From NCBI GenBank assembly GCA_965112155.1, contig OZ218115.1: a DNA stretch of 64,000 nucleotides; one strand, written 5' to 3'. This stretch comes from Podarcis liolepis (taxonomy: Eukaryota). The notes under the pieces are model-generated. The model did not search any database. It was not told the origin of the DNA and saw only the letters and a list, made by a program, of their open reading frames with translations. Below, one piece after another: positions 11,101 through 22,746 of the stretch (positions are counted from its first letter, which is position 1; each line of letters opens with the position of its first letter). A program made the position numbers and the translations under genes.

Positions 11101-14100
11101 AAGTCAAGGGCTCTGGAATCTCTTCCACCAGACATGCAAATGCTGAACAGAGTATAGAGTTCTCCGCAGACAAAATTTAACTGAGTGGTCCAAGATAGCA
11201 GGGATTCAAGTCCAAAATGCACCCTGGCATTCTTTGTCTATGTGTAAACAGAGACTTCTGCCTCAGGGGATAATAATAACCCTGTGACAACCTTTGAAGC
11301 AATCTCTGAATGTGTAAGCAAGTCCCTTATCTTATTTTACTGCCACTGCTGTAATGGCTTTTTTACATGATCAGTTATCCTGTGACAACATCCCCTGAAA
11401 CAGACTCCAATTTGTTTACATGCTCATGAGGCTGACAGTCAGTAACCCCTGGCAAGATTGGGGCCCGTTGCCTCATCACATGTCCTGGAACAAAGCAGTT
11501 GTGTAAACCAGCAGTTTCAGCCTTCAAAAAGGCCCTCCCTGTGCACACACCTATCCTATAAGGTGGACAGATGGAAGGGAACACAGAGTTCCTCCTGCTG
11601 GGCCTTTAATAGATGTTCAGAAGAGGGAAATTTAGCAGGTATGACTTCCATCTTCCATTTTTTATAAAGGTGCAGGATCATTCTTCTCCTCTCTTCCATC
11701 TGGCCACCCTAGGTGATGGAGCCCTGAGGTCATGGAGCAGAGCAGGGGTAGCCAACATGGTGCCCTCCAGATACTGTTGGACTGCACCATCCCACAATCT
11801 CTGGCCATGCTGGCGGAGGGGGATGGCAGTTTGGAGCACATCGGCATCTGGAGGGCACCACATTGGCAATCCCTGGTGTAGAGACTGTATCATTTCAAAC
11901 TGTGTGTGTGTGTTGGGGGTGTGTGTCCTTTTTTCCATATTCCCTCCACTGGGGGGTGGAATCCTTCCCACCCTCTCACTTATCCCCTGCAGCACATCAG
12001 GGAGAAGAAGTGTGTCCCAGTCTGCTCCTGCCTCGATTAGTTTTCTATTTGTAGGGAATTTCTTAGAGGGGAGTCTTTGAAATTTTGGTGTGCCGCCCCC
12101 CACTGTGCTTGAAATCATTTACATTGGTACAAGTCATTTTCCCACTTCAGGATTTTGCTACCTTATTCTTACTTTGTACAAATTGGCCAGGCCTCAGATA
12201 GCTTGAAACAAATTCATGGATGATAGATTGATTTATCTGCAAAGATTTATAGACCGTCTAATCCTAAAACTCTGTAAATGGTGTACACAAGTGCTGTATC
12301 AGTGATTGTCCACTGTGATTGCTAAACAGAAGCTCCATGAAAGAGCCACACCAGTGGTACAAATCTCAGGTTCAGTCCCTGCAAATAGGGCTGGGAATGG
12401 CCCTGGAGAGACGCTTCCTGTCAGTGCAAACAATACTGACTGGTCAGACCTGGTATTGGGCAGCTTCCTATGTTTCTGTCCATCTGAATACCAGTTGTTG
12501 GTAAACAAAGGAGCAGGTTTTCCCCAAGATGGCCTGCTGTTCGGCTCCAGCTAGGCTTCCAGCCAGATTTTGTGGCAGAATTTCCTTGCCATTTTTTTAT
12601 CTCAGCACTTGGCTCTTGGTCCTTACTAGATTTTAGGCCTGGTTTGGTACCAGAATAGAAAAACGGGTACCTTTAAATGGCCCAAAGTGTTCAGGGAGGA
12701 GGTGTGGCAGGACAAAATATTTAATTCCTTAGGTGGGTAAACTCATATTGAGTAAGCAAGTGTCACTCCTGTTACAACAATCTTGAGGTTGCTTTTGCTG
12801 CCACAGACTTACAGGTAGGTAGTGCTAGAAACTCAGATATATGAGCCAACCGCCAAATGGCACGTTAATCAAAGGTTAGGGTTGCCACAATAGAATGTTT
12901 AGGCGCCAACTTTTTTTACAATGAAATTTATTATTATTATTATTACTATTCATTTTGTTTATATACACCTTTATATTTTAAAGAGAAAAATATCAAGGTG
13001 CTTTACAACAAATTAAAATATCAAATAAAGCAATCCAGAATAAAACAAATTTAAGCTTCAAGGAAGATATTTCAGATCCTTCTCTAAGAGACATTTTGCT
13101 TTCCCCATATTTATTTGCCTACCTAATTTATATAGCTGCCCCATAGCAGAAATACCCTAGGAAGCCAGTTTAGATTAGTGGTTAGAGTGTCAGACCAGGA
13201 CCTGGGAGATCAGGGTTCAAATCCCCACTCAGTCATGAAGCTCCCTGGGTGACCTTGGGACAAATCACAGCCTCTGAACCTTCCTCACAGGGTCGTTGTA
13301 GGGATTAACCAAGGTGGGGGTGAACCATGTACTCCTTGGAGAAAAAGGTCAGATATAAATGCAATAAATATTCTCTTCCGCTTACCTGCTTAAGAAAGCT
13401 GGAGAGGCCAGTCAGGTGGAGATGTCAGATCTCCACATGGTCACAGTTGGACCTCTGCCAGTAGCAAAACACACCTGGTGCCTGGGGGATTTCTGACACC
13501 GCTTACAGGGCTATCCCTCTGGAACCCCTGAGGTTAGAGTTGACAGAGGAACTTTACCAGAAGAGAAGTTGGCAGTCCTAGACATGAGTAGTAGGTGTGT
13601 CATATTTTCTGGAAGCACCCTGTGCCCTTAACAGCTGCATGGTAGACAACAAGTATTCAAGTTTAAATCTGGCCATTGTCTGGCATGAGAAGAGTGTGGC
13701 TTGGATCACTGAATGAGACATTCAGTAGGCAAACAAAATAGTTGTCGTTGTTTTAAGTATAGGATTTGGAGTGTGCAATTTGTATCACAGGGAATAGAGG
13801 TACGTTGATGGAGTTCTAATTGAACCCTTTCCCTGCAAGATTTTTATGTGCAATAAATGGTGTTTATTTATTTTGCCCAAAAAAGTATTCACTCAGATGA
13901 GTCCCCAGCTGTGGTCGTAAGTGGTTGTGGTATCTCACACAGATTTTCCATTTCAGTGAGAACTAGGCTTACCTCAGAGGGTTGTGGTATCAGGACAAAA
14001 TGAAATAGTTTTCTATAACCTGCACTGAGCTTCTCTGTGGAAGAGTTGACAGAGAAATATGTGACTTAAGATCAGTGCACCTGTCTTTTTTATAATAATA

Positions 14101-17100
14101 TTTATTAGAGTTTCGAATAATACAAAAAACAAAAAGAAAAAAATGAAAAAAATTCATCCTTGACAATCCCATTTTCAATAACTTTTTTCCGCGACTTCCC
14201 CTCACCTCCCCTTCTTGTATTCCAAGTCCAAATATTTATCCCACAAGTTCTTATCTCTAATTTTTTAACCTTAATTTGTTATTATATTTATTTATATTAA
14301 ATTTTTAACCTTAATTCATTATTGTATTTAGTTCAATTTATATATCAACTTTTAACTTATATACCTCAATCATTTATAAAAAACTTTTTCTAAGGTTGAC
14401 CCTATTTCCCTTCCACAAATTCCCCATTCTTATACTAATAGCAACACAGAATTAAACACAGAATAGAAAAAAATCAAGCCCCCTTCGGATTTCCAAACCC
14501 CACCCTCCCTTCCCTGGTTTCAATCCCAAAACCATAGTCCATTAGTTTATCTATTATCAGCCTGGCAACCTCACGTCCGAGGCCCTTAAATCTCTCTGTC
14601 CCTTTCTGCCGGCTTCTTTGAAAGTCCCTTGTATTTAACACCCAGTCTCGGAGGGGCACTCTCTCTATAATATCCATGTTCCTTCCAGCCAGGCCTCCTT
14701 GTTTAAAGGTGGAGCTCAAATCCTGTTTCTTAAATCCAAATGTCCCAAGAGCTCCAGCTTCCACCTTGATCAAATTACCGTATTTTTCGCTCTATAACAC
14801 GCACCTGACCATAACACGCACATCGTTTTTAGAGGAGGAAAACAAGGGAAAAAATATTCTGAATGAAACAGTGGACGTATCATTTTTGTGCTTCATGCTG
14901 TGGCCACAGACATGTGATCTGATGGTGAATTTGGGGTGACCCAATGCAGAAATCCTGAGAATCCCTGTGGATCCATGCTTTGTAACCACGTTTTTGCACC
15001 ATTGCAGCCCCAGGCAACAGTGGGTGCGTGATTTTTTTGGGGGGGGGGACAGGCTGTAGCCATGGACATGCTATGTGCTCTGATGGTGAATTTTGGCTGA
15101 CCCAATGCAAAGATCCTGAGGATCCATGTGGATCCATGCTTTGTAACCACGTTTTTGCACCATTGCAGCCCCAGGCAACAATGGGTGTGTGATTTTGGGG
15201 GGGCAGGCTGTAGCCATGGACATGCTGTGTGCTCTGATGGTGAATTTGGGGTGACCCAATGCAAAGATCCTGAGGATCCATGTGGATCCATGCTTTGTAA
15301 CCACATTTTAAGTGGGGAGGGAAGGAAAAACACAGAAGGCTAAGAATGCAGGAGAGGGCTATAACGTGAGGAAAGGAAGGCAAAAGTTTCCCCCCACCCA
15401 CCCACCCAAGCCAGCCAGCGTGCGCTCTCTCTCTCTCTCTCCCTCCCACCAGCATGACAGAAGAAAGCATTTTAACTGCATTAAGAACTATTTAGCAGCG
15501 AAACCTAAGCTTTGCCATCCCTTAAGAGGTACAGACACTGTAATCTTCCAGATCGCATGAATTTACAGGCAAAACACTGTTTAAGGATTTCATCCTTTTA
15601 AATGGAAGAAAGCATATTTGAATGCTGTGTGTCTCCAAAAACAAAAAGTAGGAAGTCAAATCAGAATTTTAAGCCGAACCTGTAATCTCTCTTCCCTTTA
15701 CAAACATTGTTCCCTCCGGAGCAGGGACAGGATAGAGCGACGCTCTGCTCTCCTCTCTACTTGCCTGGAGGGGAGGGGCTTTCCCTGCTCTTTGTTCGGA
15801 CGCTCTGCTTTCCTCTCTACTTGCCTGGAGGGGAGGGGCTTTCCCTGCTCTTTGTTCCGTTTGAGCAAACACAGTAACGAAACAGAGCAGGGTGGGCAGT
15901 AAGACCCTGAGGCAGAATGAAGGAAAACTGCCACTTCCTGTCTCACGGAGCTCCCTTCTCCCTGAAGCGCGGTTTGATTTTTGCCTCATTTTTCGGCTCC
16001 AGGGACCACACGTTCGCTCCATAACACGCACAGACATTTCCCCTTCCTTTTTAGGAGCAAAAATCTGCGTGTTATAGAGCGAAAAATACGGTAATAGTCC
16101 ATAGATCTTCAGATCCCCACAAAAGAAGATCTTTCCATTCCTCATTTCTAAGTTCAAACCAAGTTTTCCTCTTCCGATCCTTATTTTCTTTTATATCCAT
16201 CTTGACAGGCCTCCGGCTCTCATTTGCCTTCTGTAACATTGCAGCCCCTCCTTTCTGCTCCTCCTGTTCAGCGTATATCTCTTCCTCCTCTTCCTCAATT
16301 TTCTCTAGTTTCTTTTCTTGTCCAGCTGCCTGGGTTTTGTACGTCAAGTCCTTTTCCAGCTCAGTAGATACATTTGCTGTTGACTTCAAATTTGTAGCAC
16401 TTGTAGACAAAACATGACCTTGCTCGTACATCTTTCGCAACTTTCCCATGAGAAAAACAACCTCATCCAAGTCAGCCAGTATTTTCCGACCTATTTCCAT
16501 TCTTGTAATGTCCCTGAACCCCCTCTAGAGGGATTCTGGTTATTTAGTATTCCTTTCACTTCCAATCCAAAAGTCAAGTTAATTTGTTTCAGTCCTTCTT
16601 TATTTTCAACAACTTGTAACAATATATCCGGCTAAACCAAAGCTTTCTATTTTTTCCGGCTTTGACAGCTAATTTGACAGCTGTCAAAATCTTCTGTATC
16701 TCCTCAACAGGCTCTTCTCACGGATCACTCCCGGTCCCGGGAAGGGTGGCACTTGATCAGAAAATAAGCTCTTATCCTCCAGCACAGTAACTTATACTTT
16801 TAAATCCGTGGAATTAATAACTTTTATCCAAAAAAGAAAAAAAGACTCTTCTCTCGACCTTAGCTGTCAAATCCTTGCTTTAAAATGTTTACAATGGGGG
16901 GGAGATGGACTTCCTCTTTGCACCTCCCCCGCTCGTGCCGAATCCACAAAAAAGGAAAATTTTTAATCCAGTTTCCAAATTACTCACGGGTTGTTCTTGG
17001 TTTTTAGTCCAAATTTTCAAAGGAAGAAGTCAGCGCTCTCCGACGAATGGCATGCGGCTTCGCTCGGCAGGGGAAGCAGTAGACTCACAGCACCGCGCCG

Positions 17101-17992
17101 CTCCCCGTCCCCCGTTCCGTAACCTTTAAAAAGGCTCCTTCACGGGTCGGGAGGGCGCTAACGGTGCCCGCCTAGTCACCAGGTCTACGGGCATCCGCGC
17201 CCGTGGTTTTTGAGGGTCCCGCGTCGCCGGCGTGGCAGAACCCGACCCCTGTCGAGCCGACTCCCTCCGGAGCTCGGAGGGAATCCGCCATTCGGCGATG
17301 GCGCCAACCCGGAAGTCCAAGATCAGTGCACCTGTCAACTAGGATGCCACTGATTCATAATATCCCTGGGGTGCCCTTGTTTTTGGTGGTTCTCTCCAGA
17401 ATGATTGGAAACTCCCAATAAGGAGTTCATTCATTTCGTGTGTGTCTTTGCTGGTAATCAGTCCTTATGCCAGCAGTCAGCCAGGTTGGCCACTGGCTCT
17501 CATCCCTGGTGGCTGTCCACCATTTAAGTAACCCGAAATGTAATGCCTATAGATCTGTCGTCCAGGTAGGACTATACAGTACCTGCCCTGACTGGTAGTG
17601 GACATTCCAGTACTATGCCAAGGGTCCCTCAAAGTCTGGTACTAGCCCTGATAGTAATTATGCATAGGAAACAAAATCCTGATAGACAACCAAAGTATAT
17701 TATATGTGAATGAGAGGTCACTGGTCACCACTGGCTTCAAGTTACAAGAAAGGAGATTCCGACTAAACACCAGCAGTTTGGCAGTGAAGAAGACTCCCTC
17801 AGGAGGGTGTGGACTCTCCTCCATTGGAGGTTTTAAAGCAGAGGTTGGGTGGCCTTCTGTCAGGGATACTTTGGTTGAGATTCCTGCATTGCAGGGGGTT
17901 GGACTAGATGACCCTCAGGGTCCCTTCCAGCTCCATGATTCTATGAAATGGGTGTGTGTGTCTCAAACTGCATGATCTACCTCTCCCTCTCC

Positions 17993-18077
<85 letters not shown>

Positions 18078-21000
18078 CAAGCACCCCTGGTGCACTGCAC
18101 TACTTTGTAACGCTCAGTTTGAGAACTGACATTGTATTGTAGAATAATAAGGAGTTATAAAGGCCACAAGGCATTTCTCTTTTATCCTTATATTTAAAAC
18201 AATTAAAGTACTTGTTGCTAGAATCTCTTTATCACAGCATGTTTGCAGTAAGCCCCTTGACATTCTACTTGTTTTATCCCACTAGCTGAATGGCTGCACC
18301 ACCAATAATTTGCCATGTTGAAAGGTGGCAACGCTATTGTCAGCTGGGAGAAGGGAACTCATGTTTGTGCCAGTCTTACCATTAGAATGAAGCAGGTGCC
18401 CCAGGCAACAGAAGTTTGGGTATATATGCAGGGCAGCAATATCAGGTGGACCTGCCATTCTCTTCTGTCGGAGGATGGAGCTGTGTGAGAGCGCCAGCCA
18501 CGTAGCCTGTCCTTCGCCCCCTCAGTTATATGCGGCAGAGGATGCCCTCCTGTTTCCACTTTTGAAGCAGGTTTCCACCGTTGGCTTCTGTGGATTGAAT
18601 GGAGATGTGCTCCCTGGTCTTCAAGCAGCAAAATGTCTTGGGCAAACCTGGTCTGCATGAGTGTGAAAGATTGAAACTGCTTAGGAGGACGAGGAGAATC
18701 AGCTCTAAGCAAGCATTGCCAGGATGGGATGTGGGGAGATGTGGAGGTCTTCCCTGCAGGAGGGATTGTTTGTTACAGTGTGGTCAGCTGTGGAGGAGTG
18801 AGCTGCAGGTTACACATGGCAGATAGGATGGTGCAGGTACTTTTTGAATGCTCAGATTTCTTGAAGAAAAGGCAGCGAGCCAAAACCTTGAGCAGATGCA
18901 GAACCCAACATGAGTGCATCTCTTACGCATCCCTCAGGAAGGAAGGGAACCACTCCAGGAGTAATGTTATCTGAGGGGGCGGGTTGGAGTTCTCAGTGGA
19001 CTGGTGAAAAGAAGCACCAGACTTTGGACCTACAAGGCTCTATTGATTGGTCTGTCTGTCTGTCTGTCTGTCTGTTTCCTCCTTTCCTCTATAGGTCAAT
19101 GGTCGGGAGTTGTCCCGTCTCTCACAGGAGCAAACCCTTGAAGCCCTGCGGTGCTCCAAAGAGCCTCTGGTCATCCAGGTGTTGCGGCGCAGCCCCCGCA
19201 GCCGGGGTGGTGCCAGTGAAGGAGCTGCCCCCCAGGGGGACCCCACAACGTTGGTGGACAGTGGAACTCAGACAGACATCACCTTTGAACACCTACTGGG
19301 GCTAGGCAGGATGCACCCCCCGAGCCCCCCAGCTGTGACTTTGGAACCTTATGGGCTGCCTGATCTGTGAGTGCTCCCCCAAGCAAAACCTTCCCCATTG
19401 CATTTGCTCTCCATGCCCTTCAATCAGTTATAGCCCCATGGTCCCTTCCTACTACTCTGTTCTTTTAGAGTTGCCAGTTTTTAAACTAGTGTCTTTAGTT
19501 GTGTATTTTTAAGCAGCTCAATATGCAGACCTTAGCAGCACTGAGATAAACTCAGCTCTGTCCTCTCCTCCATGTTTTTCAACATCTACATGAAGCTGCT
19601 GGAAGAGATCATCAGGGGGTTTGGGCCACGTGTTCACCAGTATGTGGATGACACCCAGCTCTACCTAACTTTTAAATTGGAACCAGTGAAAGCAGCGGAT
19701 GTCCTGTATGAGTGTCTGGAGGCAGTTGAACGATGGATGGTGGCTAACAGATTGAGGTTGAATCCTGACAAACAGAAGTACTGTTTTTGGGGGACTGGGG
19801 GTGGGCAGGTGTGGAGGACTCCCTGGTCCTGAATGGGGTAACTGTGCCCCTGAAAGACGAGGTGTGCAGCCTGGGAGTCATTTTGGACTCACAGCTGTCC
19901 ATGGAGGCGCAGGTTCATTCTGTGTCCAGGGCAGCTACTTACCAGCTCCATCTGGTACACAGGCTGAGACCCTACCTGCCCACAGACTGTCTTGACAGAG
20001 TGGTACATGCCCTGGTTCTTCCCCACTTGGACTACAGCAATACGTTCTACATGGGGCTACCTTTGAAGGTGACTCAGAAACTGCAATGCAGAATGCAGCA
20101 GCAAGACTGGTGACTGGAAGTGGCCACCGGGACCATATAACACTAGTCCTAAAGGATCTTCACTGGCTCCCAGTACGTTACCGAGCACAATTCAAAGTGT
20201 TGGTGCTGACCTTTAAAGCCCTAAGTGGCCTTGGCCCTGTATACCTGAAGGAGCATCTCCACCCCCATAGCTCAGCCTGGACACTGAAGTCCTCCTCCGA
20301 GGGTCTTCTGCTAGTTCCCTCACTGCAAGAAGTGAAGTTACAGCAAACCAGTCATAAGGCCTTCTTAAGAGTGGTGCCCTCCCTGTGGAACGCCCTGCCT
20401 TCAGATGTCAAAGAGATACATAACTTTTAGAAGACATCTGAAGGTAGCCCTGTATTGGGAAGTTTTTAATGTTTGATATTTTACTATGTTTTATATATGC
20501 TGTAAGCAGCCTAGAGTGCCTGGGAAAACCCAGCCAGATGGTGGCGTATTAACAACAACAACAACAACACCTGAACGCCTATAAATGTCTTCACAAGAGC
20601 AGGCCAGTCCATTTTCCTTATCAGCTGGCAACCCTGTTCACTCTCATATGATGAGCCCATTTTCCCAGCATCCGGGCTGTGGAGCCGTCACAGCTGCTCT
20701 TGGCTTCTTGAGTTCACTTTTCCTATATTATGCCGCCTGGCTAAAAAGCACATGCATGTACAAATGAAATTCCCTCACCCCTGAGTTAACCACAGCCACC
20801 AAACCTCATGTTTCAAGGTCCCAGGATCAAGTTTTCACATTAGTTTGCATGTGCTGAATGTTCATGTGCAGACATTGCTCTGGGAGTTTTCTAAGGGTAA
20901 CGGTGGTCCTGAGTGGCAAATGGATGCTTCACCTAACTGCTTTATGCCTTTCCTTCTTCACAGCCCCTCAATTGGGCATGAATATTATGACCCTGTGGAA

Positions 21001-22713
21001 TTCATGGAAGGAGGTGCCCCAGAGACTGAGCGGGCAGAGGAGCTGGAATATGAGGTGAGAATGTGATGAAGCTGAAAGAGGCAGTCTCTGGGTTTATATC
21101 CACAGATCAGGAAGCAGGGCCTGGCTCCCTGCCAGTTAGGCAGAGTGAGGCAAACCATGTCAAGTGGCCCATTCTGGGTACCATTAAATGGCAACGCATT
21201 GCTCAGTTATTTAATGTGTTTATACAAGACATTCAGTCTCAGGCTGGCTGCACAGAGCTGCAAGGTTGGGCAATGGCAAGGTTGCCAAGGCTGGCAAAGA
21301 GCCTGCCACCCTAAAGACTGCCATTCTCAACTTCGCATAGAACTTTGCATACATAGAAGAAGTTTTAGCTGGCAAATCTCACTTCTTCCAGGCTAACCCC
21401 AAAGTTGCCTCGCGCAAGGGTCCCCCAAATCCCAGAGCAGGTATTTTCCACAACATATTGCCTTCCAGTGAGGAGACTGGTGGCACTGTGGAAAACACTG
21501 GGGTGGCCTGTGCTCTGCTTGTTTGCTTCTCATTTCTTCATATCTCCAGTGAGCCCTGTTTCATCCCTCTTAGGTCAGGTCCACATGAGCATTTGCTTCC
21601 ATTTAATAACCACTTGCTGCGAGTTCAGTCCTATGTTGTCAAGAGGCAGCTTGGAGTGAGGAAAGAGCTGAAGTATGGTCTCCTGAGTGCCACCAGGATT
21701 GTAACCAAAAGGGGACCAGTGACAAACAACAGGGGGCCTCAGCATACTCAGGAGAATTTGTTAAAAGTACAAAGAAGTTTTAAAAATCAATTCTAAGGGG
21801 GCAATTCCACAGCCCAAAGAGGACTGTGCATGCTCAGTAAGCACAATAATAACTGGAAAAGAAAAACAGAATCAGGGGAGGACATGGAATGTCCTGCTTG
21901 GGTGAAATGGCTGATTGGAACCCTGAACAGGAGCATTCCTGCTCTGGAGGAAGAAGACACTGTAACAGTTTGTCACCAGCCCCCCTTGTTCTCCTTATCC
22001 TTAAGGGTTTTGCTCATATGGGGCTGCACCCACACTCTTCCTGGAATAAGCTTGATCTATGATGGGCATCGTTCACACATTCATTCTTGACATTAATGAT
22101 GAGCATGCAGGTGTGAACTGATCCTAAGGTGGTTACAGATGGTTCCACTTTGAGTGTCGCTCAACTACCAAGCAGTATATAAATTTAAATAATGGTAACA
22201 ATGACCCCTGTAGAAGATCTTGGCACTATTTACCTTTGACTGCAAACCTAGGAAAGGATGGGAAAGTTAAGTAGGGCCGATTCAGAGAGACTAAAGGGAC
22301 GGTTTAGCTGTGATTTTCTACCTGGGCTGACTAAATGAAGCATTAAAATGTACTTGAGAAGGTCTGTGAAAATGAACCTTCTTCTCCTGCCTTGGCTCAG
22401 GGCTTGCAACCGTGTGTGACTTTGCTTGGTGCTTTCTCTATCCCACAGGAGGTGGAGCTGTACAAATCCAGTCACCGGGACAAGCTGGGCCTGATGGTTT
22501 GTTACCGAACTGATGATGAGGACGATGTAGGCATCTACGTTGGAGAGGTGGGGGAGGGGGCAACTCTTGGTGGGGTGCGATGTGTGGCCTGGGGAGGCAG
22601 AGGCAGGCAAGTGGCGGGAGGAAGCTGCTGTCAAGCTTTATGAAGCCATGGAGAGTAAGGAGCTCCAGGTTTCATTGCTGCTGCAGCAGCAGGAGCAAAA
22701 AATAAGCCTGTAT

Positions 22714-22746
<33 letters not shown>

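Larger units (their letters stand above)
14778..16091. mobile_element. Non-autonomous Tc1/mariner (Tc2/pogo-type) DNA transposon
   Basis: Perfect 26-bp terminal inverted repeats (TIRs) CCGTATTTTTCGCTCTATAACACGCA with TA TSDs (14776-77, 16092-93); no transposase. Confidence 0.9.
14086..17318 (-). mobile_element. Non-autonomous L1-type (HAL1-like) retroelement with both ends intact, ~1.9 kb plus a nested Tc2 insertion
   Basis: 18-bp TSD AAGATCAGTGCACCTGTC at 14068-14085 and 17319-17336; CpG-rich 5' end GGACTTCCGG...AATGGCGG; 3' AATAAA plus A tail; no RT sequence. Confidence 0.85.

Noticed and set aside
14919-15304. Repeat array as CRISPR-like or protein-coding (ORFs 14880..15470 etc.)
   Set aside because: Eukaryotic context, no unique spacers, and the array lies inside a non-autonomous transposon.
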